A stretch of DNA of 64,000 nt from Octopus sinensis (taxonomy: Eukaryota): contig NC_042998.1 in assembly GCF_006345805.1 (NCBI RefSeq), positions 85,684,001 to 85,748,000 on the forward strand, read 5' to 3'. The notes under the pieces were generated by a model, which saw only the letters and a program-made list of their open reading frames with translations, did no database searches and was not told the DNA's origin. Each line of letters begins with the position of its first letter. Within the stretch, counting starts at the first letter, position 1. Shown one piece after another: positions 21,006-33,789 of the stretch. Both the position numbers and the translations under genes were made by a program.

Positions 21006-21685
21006 TAGCAGTATATCCCAGCCTTGCCTGGGATTAAGTTACGATTATTAAGCTAATCAAGTCCTTTATTTCAAACCAAACATATGGACTCTCAACAAAA
21101 CACTTTTTTACTTGGTGTAAAATAAAAACAAAACTCTTTCGCACCCAAAGTAATGTGTGTGAGAGATCGAGTGGGGAGAAAGATGAACGATTTAAAATAA
21201 ATAAATGATTTAAAATAAATATATTGTAATTGTTGTGTGAGAAAGTATATATACTATGATTATAAAATATAGTGTCTTTCAAAAACATCCTGAATTTGAA
21301 CACTATATCTTGTGTTTAAGAAAAAACAAAACATTTTACATTTTATTTTTTACGAACATCGTCACTTACTCTCTCTCACTTTGTCATTCCCGTGAAACTC
21401 TCTGCCTCCTTCTTCCACTTTTCTTCATCTTATTTTTTTTTTGTTAGACACCGTCAAAAAGCTCTGGCTGATATTTTTTATGGCTAAAAGCTATGGCTGA
21501 AAATAGAATTTTACTGCTATCCGCGGGTGCCTCAGGAAAAAAGTAAGTTGACAAAACCCAGATAGGATGTTGACGAGTGTCCTCCTAAAATTTGAGTGAC
21601 ATGTGTGCTAATTTGTGGATGTGCATAAATTACAATCACGTACACACACACACACACACTATCATCATGCCTTTTATAGTTATGA
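21005..21685 (-). mobile_element. Non-autonomous Helitron (same family as 34046-34558)
   Basis: Minus strand starts TC...TATAAAAGGCA (21685) and ends with hairpin CCCAGGCAAGGCTGGG plus CTAG|T (21005). Internal sequence is shared with 34046-34558. Confidence 0.8.
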
Positions 21686-21713
21686 TATTGGAATAAGCAC
21701 ATAAATGCGAAAC

Positions 21714-21762
21714 AAAACTGTCTGATGAACGGGAACGTGAAACTCTGACTAACAGTTTTTGT
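21714..21762 (+). ncRNA. Minimal type I hammerhead ribozyme motif with one helix III mismatch
   Basis: AAAACTGT CTGATGA ACG-GGAA-CGT GAAA CTC-T-GAC TA ACAGTTTT. Perfect 8-bp helix I, canonical CUGAUGA and GAAA, 3-bp helix II. Position 21749 is C where G is needed. Confidence 0.72.
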
Positions 21763-22344
21763 GATATTTCTGCTTTAATAAAGTATATATATATATATAT
21801 ATATATATCAGGTGTGGCAGGTGGTCGAAACACAACTATTTTTAAGGGACCTTAATTCCACAGTATGCGCAGAGTTTCAAATAATATCTTAAATAGAATA
21901 TATGAAAATTAGGGTTATGTGACTGCCCACCCCACTCCATATCACTCACATACACCCCACCACAATTAAATACCCTAATTTTCTATATTAATCATATAAT
22001 CTCTAACACATATGTACTAAATTGCTTATGGATATGAAACATTTGATTGTATTTCACTGTGGAAACTGTGTTTAAAACATCTGATAAGTAAAAATAGCAA
22101 AAACATTGGGATATGAAATAATTGGTAGATAGGTACCCCTCCAACATGGCAAAATTACAACTTTTCAATATGTGTTAAATTCATTTTTTTCAGAAAATGT
22201 ATACATTTGTTAAATGATTTTCTTTTGTTTTTCAGATTATTTCAGAGCTAAATTATATTATAATTTTACAAAAATACCTACGTGAATTTAAACTGTAATA
22301 ATTTAAGCATATAAAATTATATAATGGCAACTAAAAGTAAAGGC

Positions 22345-23544
22345 TGTAATTCAGCATTTGGATTTCCTGCAGAATTTCCTACAGTAATGACTTCCATCAA
22401 AAGCTGAAGTCAAGTGTGAAATGGAGCCTGTTGAGTGTCGAGCAGTGATCCGGTTTTTGTATTTGAAAGGACGCACACCACGGGAGACTTTTGATGAAAT
22501 AAAAGTAACTTATGGTGATGATGCCCCATCATATGACCTTGTAAAACACTGGCATCGTGAATTCAAACATGGTCGGAACTCTGTGGAAACAGCTCCCAGA
22601 TCTGGTCACCCCCTTCTGCCATTGATGAGGCATCTGTCTGTCAAGTTGAGGCTGCCATTTTGGAAGATCGACGCATAATTATTCGCCAAATAGCCCATGA
22701 GGTCAAGATTAGTACCGGGTCTGTGGAAACTATCATTCATGACCATTTGCATATGCAAAAGGTGTCTGCCAGATGGATTCCCAGGTTGCTCACGCCTTTC
22801 CAGAAGTAAGAACGCGTCGAGTGCTCGAGGGTGAATTTGGAGATGTGCCAAGAAGATGAGTCAAAATTTTTCAAAAGACTGATTACACAGGATGAAACCT
22901 GGGTCCATCACGATGATCCAGAGACCAAAGCCCAGTCAATGCAGTGGAAGCACCGTGACACACCCCCTCCAAAGAAGGCAAGGGTGCAGCCCTCCGCTGG
23001 CAAGGTCATGCTCACAGTCTTCTGGGACCAGGACGGAGTAGTGATGACAGATTTCCTGGCAAAGGGTACCACAATTGCAGGAGCCTATTATGCTTCACTT
23101 TTGAGGAAATTAAGAGAAGTTATCAAAATCAAGAGGTGGGGCAAGATCAGCAAAGGCATCCTCCTCCTGCAGGACAATGCTCCAGTCCACAACTCGCTTA
23201 TCGCCAGATCAGAAGCACAGGCGTATGGCTATGAACTCCTCCCCATCCCCCCTACTTTCCTGACCTTGCACCCTCTGATTTTCACCTCTTCCCAATCATG
23301 AAGTTGTTTTTGAAAGGAAAGCGTTTCCCAGATGATGCAGCCTTGATTTCTGAAGTCACGTTGAGGTAGGAGGACCAAGCTGGGTTCTTCTACAAAAACG
23401 GTCTCCAGAGCCGCATCAAACGATGGGAGAAATGCGTAACTCTGGGTGGTTCCTATGTAGAAAAAGACTAATAACTGTGCCAAGTTTCGTTGCTCTACTG
23501 CTATGGGAAGTGGGTCAGAGGCATTACTTATTGAACGCCCCTCG
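22345..23544 (+). mobile_element. Mariner DNA transposon, left end missing, right TIR intact
   Basis: Right end gcattacttattgaacgcccctcg|TA is a mariner-type TIR (rc CGAGGGGCGTTCAATAAGTAATGC) followed by TA. No matching left TIR found. Confidence 0.9.
22421..23471 (+). pseudogene. Mariner DD34D transposase, full length but with two frameshifts and internal stops
   Basis: MEPVECRAVIRFLYLKG...ARWIPRLL...LITQDETWVHH...LLLQDNAPVH...PDLAPSDFHLF...RWEKCVTLGGSYVEKD*. Confidence 0.93.
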
Positions 23545-23689
23545 TACATAATTGAAAATCCATAATTACTACACTTATTAAGAAAACAATATTTCACTAG
23601 ACCCCTTGATGTGAATGTTTAACACAGAACAACTTAGCCATAAAAATTGTTAAACTAATCCTCATAATCTTTCACAGTTTCATGTGATG

Positions 23690-24200
23690 AGTTTACATGT
23701 ATAAAATTGATAAAACAACATTCCATAGACTAGGTTTCCTTTTCAGGACCATGAAATATTCAATTTCTTATCAATCATTAATTTTTTTCACAGCTTGGGT
23801 AAGGCCTATATTTGAGTACTACTCACATATCTGGAACTACACTGCTGCTAGTTGCATTCCTGAAGAAGGCTATTCAGCTGACTAGCAGAAGATTTATTTA
23901 CCAGCATGCTACAAACACTGCCCAGTAGATTCACCATTTTTTCTTCTGGTTTTCTATCACAAATTACTACAAAACCTGATTCTTGGAACTAACAAACTGT
24001 AAGCCCCTTCTACTTCAACTAATCCAATGCACTCATACTCATTTTGTCTCATCATTATTACTGTGTCTCACTCCTCTCAGTCACTCAGGTATTAGCCATT
24101 TGAAATTAAATCCCCATCCACGTTTTTCCTATAGATGTTGACTCACAGATAGTCAAGCTAGATATCAACCGTATCAATCTCATGAGTCTTGGTTATAGGC
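23690..24200 (+). mobile_element. Degraded CR1/L2-clade LINE RT C-terminal fragment
   Basis: LGFLFRTMKY...AWVRPIFEYYSHIWN matches the (I/V)RP.LEY.S.(I/V)W motif of CR1/L2 RTs. Confidence 0.65.
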
Positions 24201-24619
24201 ACTCAACCATTCACCTTTCTGGTTAAGCCATAAAAAAGTCTGACTGCACCTGAAATATCAATCTAGTTGATTACCAAAGGTTCGTTACAATCACTACAAG
24301 CAACCACTAGTCCACCGATGTACTTTTTCTCTACTTTGAGTCATGTTCTGCTACTACAGTAAAGTTATATTAATATAGTATCCAATAGTCTGGTAGACCC
24401 AACTGCCTTTTTTTTTTGCTTCTCAACAATTATTTTTTTTGTTTGTTGGTACCATCACTAGTCACTGACATCATTCTATCATTGATTGCATTTAAGTCAA
24501 AAAATAAAAGAGTGGGCAGTACCTAAATGTTTTGTAACTTCATTTATCTACTTACACAGTGTCTATCCATTAGTGAAAATGTCTTCCAGTGTCAATAAAA
24601 AAAAAAAACAAAGTTGGAC

Positions 24620-25020
24620 AAGTGTGTAGAGAAGGCATTCAATTTTTATATTAAAATAATGAAGTATTTGAAAAAAGGTGAAAACTGGAATGCTATTGAG
24701 TATAAATATAACAGATTTTTCAACAATTCATGATATTAAGAAGCAAAAGGACAAGTTAATGCAATTCATCCTGATTCAGAGACAAGTAAAGGTGTTGATG
24801 CAAGGCAAACATTAAAAAGAAATACAATAAAACAAAAAATTTAGAAAAAATTGCTGTATTATTTAAGTGGTTTCATGCAAAATGATCTGAGAATATACTA
24901 ATGGCCATTCAAAACACCAAATAGTTACATGACAATACAAATATCAAGATCAAAGAAACTTGAATTGACTTTTATAATTTTGATGACCTGGTTAAAAAAA
25001 AAAGCCCAATGCAGTGACAT
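24620..25020 (+). mobile_element. Degraded pogo/Tigger-like transposase N-terminal relic
   Basis: Broken-frame translation MKYLKKGENWNAIEYKY...STIHDIKKQKDKLMQF...LFKWFHAK resembles the psq/CENP-B HTH region. Recognised by eye only. Confidence 0.5.
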
Positions 25021-25718
25021 ATTTGATAATCTGGCACTACCCACATTTCAAGGATACTGGAACTGTTTTACACAATGGTTTTGCTCTTCTGAACCAGCTA
25101 CTTATCTTTCACTTCTATCAAAGACCACCAATAACCTTTACTCTCCTTTTTTGTTATCATCATTAATGCTGTACATCTCTCAATTTCTCTATGGTTTTCT
25201 CTCCACTAAACCACTTCTTGCTGATTTGCTTATATCATCATCTCACTCTCTCTACCGTCTCTCTACTCACATTCTTGCAACCTGTCCACTCACACATTGT
25301 CTTCCTTTCATCTTTTCCTGTCTACAGCATTATTACAATTTTGCTGCTCATTACTCTTCTGAATGAATGAGTGTGTGTACATGTGTGTGAGTGTGTGTTT
25401 GTGTGTACATGTATGCTTTTGTGCATATTAATTTTTTCTTTTTGAAAGCACTTGGAAGCCAACACTGTTACTCTCAAAACCAGGATGAAATTCAAGGATG
25501 TTATATTTACAAAGCATAAACAACAGTGTTCTTTTGTACAAATGATAATTACCTTGAAACAAAATACTTCATTTTTCAGTCAAAGGTCACAATGCCTTTA
25601 TGATATGAAACTATCATTCCCATATGGTTTTGCTTTATCTATTGCAAAATCAAGTAATTTTGTATTCACAAGTACTCATTTCATATGCACATCTGTACAT
25701 GTGCACACAGATCACACA

Positions 25719-25763
<45 letters not shown>

Positions 25764-26769
25764 TCAATCATTGTTTTAAAATTTCTTTTTAATATTGTTT
25801 TAAAATAATGTTTAAAATATGACTTAAATTTTCCCTTAAACAACAATGCAATTTCATGAAGACAGTTATTAGTGTGACCACCAGAGTTATACTCTGTTAA
25901 TAGCTGACAATCCAGATATATCACCTTAGGCTTGGCTGCTCTATAGACAAAAGCATGGTACTTAACCCCTGTTACCAATATAAATTACATCCCATCCATG
26001 CTGACAATCAAACCTAGCACCATCAAATTTCAATCCAGCATCACCAAATCTGCTTACTTCTATGGAAAGGATGTTTCTGCTAAAGTGTATATTCTCCGCT
26101 TACCCACAACACCCTACTCTGCCATGTGTTGCATCAAAGGAATGGCTGATGTCACTAATAAACCATATCATTGCTTCAAGACATAGCGGCAACAGCTAGC
26201 TACCTACCAACATTCTGTCTTAACAACAAAGAAAGTAATTGATGTCACTTCCAGATCAATAACACCACATGACCCAAGTTGACCAATAGAAGCCTAACAT
26301 GAGGAAGCCATTTAAATTTATCTTATACCCTGTTTCTCTCACTAGGTGCTGGACAGGTGAGGTTTGTTCAACCAGCCTACAAAACTTTAAATTGCATAGA
26401 GTTGAGTCAAGCTATTATTAAATGTTATATTATTATACATGTTATTAATGTATACACAAGAGTAGATGGTTGGATGGTTAAGAAGTTCACTTTGCAATCA
26501 TGATGTTACAGGTTCAATCCTGCTGCATTTTACCTTTGACAAGAGTCTTTTATCATTGTCTCGTGTTGACCCAAGTCTTGTGAGTGGAATTAGGTAGATG
26601 AAAACTGTGAAGAAGCCTGCTGAAGTTACTACATCTGTAGTTCAAGGAGCTTTGTCACTTTCTGTTGCACCGATTCTGTCTGTTGACTGCTTGAAAGGTT
26701 TAAGTGTTAGTGGAGTATTCAGCCACTTTCAATAAAATCTATTTTGAATGACTTGCTTTTCTAGGTATT

Positions 26770-27060
26770 TATCAACACAGTACAGTTTCAATATCTAGCA
26801 GCTGACTTTGTAGAAGCCCACTATATTATCCACCATCTTTCCAACAACAACTTTGGCTATCTTTTTGAATTCAATATCTATACTACTTATGGACATGCTT
26901 ATAAAATCAAAAACAGTGCAGCACCCATGATTTTTGGAAACATTTTTTTTTAGAATTTTTGTAGTATGTAATAAACTACCCACATCAGTTGTTAGCTGTA
27001 AAAACACTTCACCCTTCAAAAATTCCATGCTTTCCAAAATCCACCAACACTACTTTTACA
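26770..27060 (+). mobile_element. CR1/L2-clade LINE 3' end relic
   Basis: TYGHAYKIK...FFRIFVVCNKLPTSVVSC...FKNSML matches the terminal RGH.YK...WN.LP..VV....FK motif. Confidence 0.7.
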
Positions 27061-27463
27061 TGCATATGTGCTTTGTCCTCTTTATGGCTCTTTTACTTTA
27101 CACTTTTCTGTCTTTTCATAATTTATCCTGTATGCTTTGCATTTACTTTGGGCTATTATTGTTGTCTCTCTGTATTCTACAAGCTGCTGCTTTCTGTCTT
27201 CTTATTTATCCTTTTCTGAAGAGTTTTAGTGCACCTGAGCATTGTATAGAATAAGCTAGTTATTATTATGTTCTTTGTTTTTTTTAATGAGCAGGCAGAT
27301 AAGTTGACCAAACAACTTGAATACTCTTGATTGAATGCATGTGTAGGTATAGTTAAGTTATAGCAGCCCTAAAATAATATCTTATAGTGCATGTATAGTT
27401 TAATACAATATACAAGTGTAGACATCTACCATAAAGACTGGAGAAATTCCATTATTTTCATAC

Positions 27464-27597
27464 TGCTTTTTTGAGCATTTATTTGACTAGATCCAAGATA
27501 AAGTTTAACAGGAGAAAAGTAAATTTTATCAATCCAGGCCTGGATGAAAGGCCAAGAAAACAGATGTAAAACTAAGCTGAAATTGTTGCAGTTTGCA
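27464..27597 (-). CDS. Candidate internal exon of the unidentified minus-strand gene (phase 2 to 1): ANCNNFSLVLHLFSWPFIQAWIDKIYFSPVKLYLGSSQINAQKS
   Basis: Acceptor gacttgcttttcag, donor gca|gtatga, only one open frame, phase-compatible with exon 29034-29193. It could instead run on to the stop at 27426. Confidence 0.45.
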
Positions 27598-27929
27598 CTG
27601 AAAAGCAAGTCAGTTGTATACTGTATGTTGTAAGAGCTACTTCTTGCTTTTATCAAGCAACACCTGTCTTAAATATTTGCAGTAAAACTGAAATATTACC
27701 TATTGTAATTATGCCAACTGCATATATATAATTGATTCTAACATCTGTTTTCACCACAAACAGACATAAAAATGACTTCACTACATATAGACTATACATA
27801 GGTTCAAATATATTACACTTACACATGTGAGATGTCAACCTCATTGTTCTTTCTTAAGGATTTTTATTTTCATGACAGGTTGCACATGCCTGCTCTGATA
27901 GATAGATGAATATTTACTTATATGTTTAA

Positions 27930-28123
27930 CTCTTTAGCATTCAGATTACTTTGTTAAATGTAATACTTATTTATTCACATAGTTTTGAATTTATCCTACA
28001 TTATTTTGTAGCTTTGTGATTTCAATGAAGTAATTGTATATTTTAAGGTAGGTATAAAAGGTTTGATCTTGTCAGCTTGAACATAAAACAGGGTCTGAGA
28101 TGGCTGGTTTTAATACTAAAAGG
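27930..28123. mobile_element. piggyBac-type MITE (degraded)
   Basis: TTAA|CTCTTTAGCATT ... AATACTAAAAGG|TTGA: short TIRs with a TTAA-type target site. Confidence 0.6.
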
Positions 28124-29033
28124 TTGAAAAGTATTTAAGAAAGTAAATAGAATTCTGTAGTAGTAACTGATGTGAAGTGAAGGCATGTGACCAAGTAGAT
28201 AGGGCACTGCACTCATGATTGCAGGATTATGGTTTCATTTCCTTGACTGGGTAGTGAGTTGTGTTTTTGAGCAAAACACTTCATTTCATGTTACTTCTGT
28301 CCAGTCAGCTGTAAAAGATAGCCCTGCAATAGACTAGTGTCATGTTCAGGGGAAAATGTTGTGATCTTGGTGGCTTATACAACATGGAAACTGAGTAACT
28401 GGTTCTATGAATCCTAGGGCTGGGAAACAGGTATTTCTTATTTCTTTACTGCCCACAAGGGGCTACACACAGTGGGGACAAATAAGGACAGACAAACAGA
28501 TTAAGTTGATTATATTGACCCCAGTGCATAACTAGTACTTATTTAATCGACCTCGAAAGGATGAAAGGCAAAGTTGACCTCGGCAGAATTTGAACTCAGA
28601 ACGTAGCGGTAGATGAAAAACCATTAAGCATTCACCTGGCGTGCTGACGATTTTGCCAGCTCACCGCCTTACAGGTATTTCAGGGAACAGGTATTTCTGC
28701 GGACTTTTTTCTTTTTTCATTTGGTATGAAGGTACATTACATAATGGTTAGGTTGTTGGGTTTATGATCATGAGTCATGGATTTGATTCCTGGACTGGGT
28801 GGCAATTTGTATCCTTAAGCAAGACATTTCATTTCACATTGCTTTGGTCTATTCAATTGAAAATAAGTACCAGCCTAGTGCTGGTGAGACCTTTTCTCCC
28901 TTCATCTGTCTTGTCTTTGATGTTCTGCTGGATGAAAGCAGAGAGAACCTAGAAGTTGTCCATGTCTGCTTATGACTACATAGGCACCTAAATGTGTTGT
29001 CATTAATATTGCCTGATCAAAAATTGTCCTTAC

Positions 29034-29193
29034 TTAAATTTTCTGGAAGGTAATATTTCAGTAGTTGCAATGGCCTTATTGCTTTCAACATGTGATGACC
29101 AGTGAAACGAAAATACATTTCTTGGAACAATGAATATCTGGCCATAGGATATCTGTCTTGACAAGTTTTGTTCTTGCCAGTATGGTAAAATGG
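29034..29193 (-). CDS. Candidate 160-nt exon of the unidentified minus-strand gene (phase 1 to 2): ILPYWQEQNLSRQISYGQIFIVPRNVFSFHWSSHVESNKAIATTEILPSRKF
   Basis: Strong acceptor ttttttcttttttacag and donor taa|gtaagg. Phase-compatible with 43531-43677 and 27464-27597. A second frame (PFYHTGK...) is also open, so the frame is uncertain. Confidence 0.6.
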
Positions 29194-29264
29194 CTGTAAA
29201 AAAGAAAAAATCATAATTATGACAATGACAATGATTTATGTATGCATGTATGTATGTATGTATG

Positions 29265-29295
<31 letters not shown>

Positions 29296-29982
29296 TTATG
29301 TATGTATGTATGTATGTATGTATGTATACATGTATGCATGTATGTGTGTGTGTGTGTGTGTGCGTGTATCTCTATATACAAAATTGAAATGGCAAAAAGT
29401 TGTATGTTTGTGTGTCACATTTAGTAGTTACGCAGGGTTCAATGGCTTTAGGCATGATCAGATTGCGGTGAAAATTTACAGGGACATGTAAAATGAGGCA
29501 AGGAAGGGACTGGACTAGGTTAGAAACCTCCATCTCAAAATCTGTGGTTACTAGGGCACCAAAACTCAGACTTTGACAAGTGTTTGTCGTTTCTCTCTTT
29601 CGGATATCACCCTGTCTTCCTTGATCTCTCTCTTTCCTCTCTTCCCTGCACTTTCTCTCTATAACGACGTTTGACAGTGTCCACTCTCTTTCCCTCTCTA
29701 CCTTCACCATCTCTGTCTCTCTTCCACTACCTCTCTCTCTCTGTACGTCTGCCTGTATCTATAGAGAGAAAGCGTTGACAGCTGCAAAAGTTTAAATATT
29801 TCCACCACAGATCATTTACAATGGTAAATTATTATCACCCACCACCACTGTTCTATCCTCCCACCACAGGTCTTTTTGAATGGGGAATTATTATCGCCAA
29901 CCACCACTGCACAATCATGTTAACAGATATTATCTATCAGATATTTATTGTGTTAATTTATATATATATATGTGTCTATATA

Positions 29983-30440
29983 TCATCATCGTCATCGTCG
30001 TCTAACATCCGCTGTCCATGCTGGAATGGGTTGGATGGTTTGACTGAGGACTGGTGAGCCAGAAGGCTGCACCAGGCTCCAATCTGATCTGGCAAAGTTT
30101 CTACAGCTTGATGCCCTTCCTAACGCCAACCACTCTGAGAGTGTGGTGGGTGCTTTTATGTGCCACTGGCATGAGGGCCAGTCCGATGGTACTGGCAACG
30201 ACCATACTTAAAAGGTGTTTTTACATGCCACCTGCATAGGAGCCTGACCAGCAGCACTGGCAACAACCAGGCCTGAATGTTGTTTTTCACATGCCACCGG
30301 CACATGTACCAGTAAGGCAACATTGGCAATGATCACGCTTGAATGGTGTTTTTTACATGCCACTGCACAGGAGCCAGTCAGTGTCCCTGGTAACGGTCAC
30401 ACTCGGATGGTAATTTTAACGATCTACTGACACATGTACA
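29983..30440 (-). mobile_element. RTE 3'-tail copy with internal tandem repeats
   Basis: CAT tail at ~29983, ttccatgctgg...gatgcccttcctaacgcc core, repeated tttttacatgccac units. Confidence 0.75.
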
Positions 30441-30463
30441 AATATATATATAATGTGTGTGTG

Positions 30464-30495
<32 letters not shown>

Positions 30496-30498
<3 letters not shown>

Positions 30499-30702
30499 GG
30501 GAAGGTTTACGAAAATAAACAAAAATCGAAGGCAGGTGGAGTACAAACAAACAAATGTATTAGTATGGAGCTCAGGAATAGAAATAGAACAAGTCTTTTA
30601 CATTTCGAGCCTACGCTCTTCGACAGAAAGATACACAGAAAAAAAACAAGGAGAGAAACAAGGAGAGAAAAAAAATGCGTGTAGGAGCTAACGATCTAAC
30701 AT
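30496..30702 (-). mobile_element. Short (TA)n-anchored element with hammerhead-like motif (family shared with 37401-37580)
   Basis: Homologous to 37401-37580 (aacaaa..gtattagt...aagtcttttac.tttc.agcctac.ctc...acagaaa). Abuts TA runs. Confidence 0.65.
30593..30631 (-). ncRNA. Hammerhead-like motif with non-canonical core (CUGUCGAA)
   Basis: Minus strand: TCTTT CTGTCGAA GAGC-GTAG-GCTC GAAA TGT A AAAGA. Helix I TCTTT/AAAGA, 4-bp helix II, GAAA, GUA triplet. Confidence 0.45.
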
Positions 30703-30703
30703 A

Positions 30704-33560
30704 TCATCATCATCATCATCGTTTAACGTTCGTTTTTCTATGCTAGCATGGGTTGGATGGTTTGACTGGGGTCTGGGAAGCCAGGAGGCTGCACCAGGCT
30801 CCAGTCTGATCTGGCAGTATTTCTACATTTGGATACCCTTCCTAACGCCAACCACTCCATGGGTGTAGTGGGTTTTTTACATGTCGCCGGCACAGGGACC
30901 AGAGGAGGTTGGCAATGGCCATGATTGGTTGGTGCTTTTTACGTGTCACCAGCATGGATGCTAGCCAAGGCAGCACTGGCATTGGCCACATTTGGATGGT
31001 GCTTTTTACGTGCCACTGGCACGAGTATCACAACTACAATTACCATTTGATTTTTATTTTGATATTGATGTACTTGACTCAATAGGTCTCCTCAAGCACA
31101 GCAGGTCACCCCACAATCCAAGGTAAGCACAGCAGGCCATTCTGAGATCCAAGTTAGTTTGAATGGGCTATGGCTGGTTGTGTGAAGCTGGTGTAGGATA
31201 CAGCCATGAACTCACTTTATTTGTTGGGTCTTCGCAGTCACAGCATATCTTCAGAGGTCTTGGTCTTTCATCATTGCCTTTGTGAGGCCAACGTTTGAAG
31301 GTCATGCTCGACCACCTCATTGCATGTCTTCCTGGGTCTACCTCTACCCTGGATTCCCTCAACTGTTTGGGAGTGGCACTTCTTCACACATCTCTCCTCA
31401 TCCATCCGTAGTACATGACCATACCAACATAAACATCGCTCTTGCACGCCAAGTCCCATGCTTCTTATGCCCAACATTTCTCTCAGAGCACTTACACTCT
31501 GTAATGTATGCACACTGACATTACACATCCAGCAGATCATGCTAGCTTCATTTCTTTCGAGCCTACACATGTCCTCCACAGTCACAGCCCATGTTTCACT
31601 GCCATGAAGTATGGCAGTTCGCACACATGTGTCATACAATCTACCTTTCACTCTGAGCGAGAGACCCTTTGTCACCAGTATAGGTAGAAGCTTTCTAAAC
31701 TTTGCCCAGGATATTCTTATTCTAGTGGTAACACTCTCTGAGCATCCACCCACACTACTAATTTGGTCACCTAGGTTGCGGAAGCTATCAACTACTTCTA
31801 GTTTCTCCCCCTAGAGTGTGATGGAATCTGTTTTCTGAGTATCTGTGGTGTCTATTGCCCCTGTGCATCTGCCACACACAAAAGCTATCTTCTCGGTTAA
31901 TTTTCCTTTGATGTTGTTGCACCTCTTATGTGTCCATAACTTACACTGGGTACATCTTATGGAGTTTCTACCTACACCTTTTCTACAGATTGTGCAGGGC
32001 CACCTACCTAAGGGGTGTGTGAGATGAGTTCACCTTCCTACTTAGTACAACTTTGGTCTTTGCTACATTGACTCTAAGGCCTTTTGATTCTAAACCTAGC
32101 TTCCACACCTGAAATTTCTTTTCTAGTTCCGGTAGTGATTCTGCTATGAGAGCCAGGTCATCAGCATAGAGGAGCTCCCAGAGGCAACCCGTCTTGAGTT
32201 CCACCGTTATTGCCTGGAGGACTATGATGAATAAAAGGGGACTGAGGGCTGAACCTTGGTGGACCCCTACTTCTACCCGGAATTCTTCACTATACTCATT
32301 ATCAATCCTAACCTTACTAATGGCCTCTCTGTATAGGGCCTGTACAGCCCTTATTAACCATTCATCAATCTCCAGTTTCCCCATCGCCCACCAGATAAGG
32401 GATCAGAGGACCCTGTCAAAGGCTTTCTCCAAGTCCACAAAAGCTAAGTAGAAGGGTTTATCTTTAGCTAGGTATTTCTCATGCAGTTGTCAAACCAGAA
32501 ATATGTCATCAGTGGTGCTTCTACCCAGCACAAAACCGAACTGCATCTCATCTAAGCAGACTCTCTCCCTAATGAGATGGGCTATGACCCTCTCTGTGTC
32601 CTTCATCACCTGATCCAACTACCCCTGTAGTTATTTCTATCTAGAGCATCACCTTTACCCTTGTAGCAGTTGGCTATGGTGCTGCTACGCCAGTCATTGG
32701 ATATGACTCCATCATGAACTACCTGGTTTATAATGTGGGTGGCTAGGCCATAGCCCACACTACCAGATGTTTTAAGCCTCTCAGCAGTGATTCCTGATGA
32801 GTTGGGGGCTTTTCCTGGCTTCACATCCTTAATTGCTTTATCTACTAGGGAGCTGTCTATTGGGACAGCTGGTCCCTATACTGGGTCAACATTTGGCAGG
32901 CTCTCCTCTTCCCATTCACTCTCCATATTCAGCAGTCTTTCATAATGGCTTCTCCAAGCCTCTTTCTTTTCAGAATCCTTAAAAGCAAGTGCACTATCAT
33001 CCATGCGGACACATTTCTCTCCTGTGACATCACAATTTTCTCTCACACAGTCTAGCAATCCGAAATACCTCAGTTCTTTGGTCCTCACATTGCTGGACAT
33101 TGGCAAACTTCTTTTCTGCTTTGCCTTTGACTATGTATACCTGCCACCCAGCCTCCCTATGGCTACCTGGTACAGTTCCCTGCTACCCACTCCATTCCAG
33201 GCTTTGCAGGCCTATTTCTTTGCTCTAATGACTTTGTCTACCGTACTATTCCACCACCACATAACTCTAGGTCTGGAAGGGACTTTGCACCATCCACAGA
33301 CTTGGTCTGTGGCACTCAGCAAGCTGTCCCGTAGGAATTTCCCGCTACCTTCTATGTCCGATGTCTGTAGCTCCTCCTCCCTATTATCAAATTTCTTGAT
33401 GAGGATGTCCCTAAATCTCTGACCATGTGAAGGGTTCTTTAGCTTCCAAATCCTTCTTTTTTGGATTGGTCTGCTTCTTGGTATACTTCTGGCCTTGAGC
33501 CTAAAGTCACTAATGACTAGCCTATGCTGAGGGGTACATTCTTCACCCGGGGGGGGGGTT
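30704..33560 (-). mobile_element. RTE-clade LINE, degraded copy 1 (partial APE region, RT, 3' UTR, (GAT)n tail)
   Basis: KPGKAPNSSGITAE, NYRG, EKAFDRV, GVHQGSALSPLLF, LLYADDL, YGHVLRM, GRGRPRKT motifs over several frameshifts. The 5' end abuts a (TA)n tract. Confidence 0.93.
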
Positions 33561-33593
33561 TTTATGATATACATATATAATTTATATATATAA

Positions 33594-33627
<34 letters not shown>

Positions 33628-33663
33628 GATATAAAGTGTATATATATATCTATATTTATATAT

Positions 33664-33697
<34 letters not shown>

Positions 33698-33789
33698 CAT
33701 GTGTATACATATGTATATATGATGTGTACATATATATATATTTAATGCATATATATAATGCGTATATATATATATAATGTGTGCATATG

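Noticed and set aside
24556-24582. 27-nt minus-strand microexon (donor tgt|gtaagt)
   Set aside because: Only the phase-0 frame is open, which does not fit the neighbouring candidate exons, and the acceptor is poor.
25553-25640. Minus-strand exon with a good acceptor and aag|gtaatt donor
   Set aside because: All three frames contain stops.
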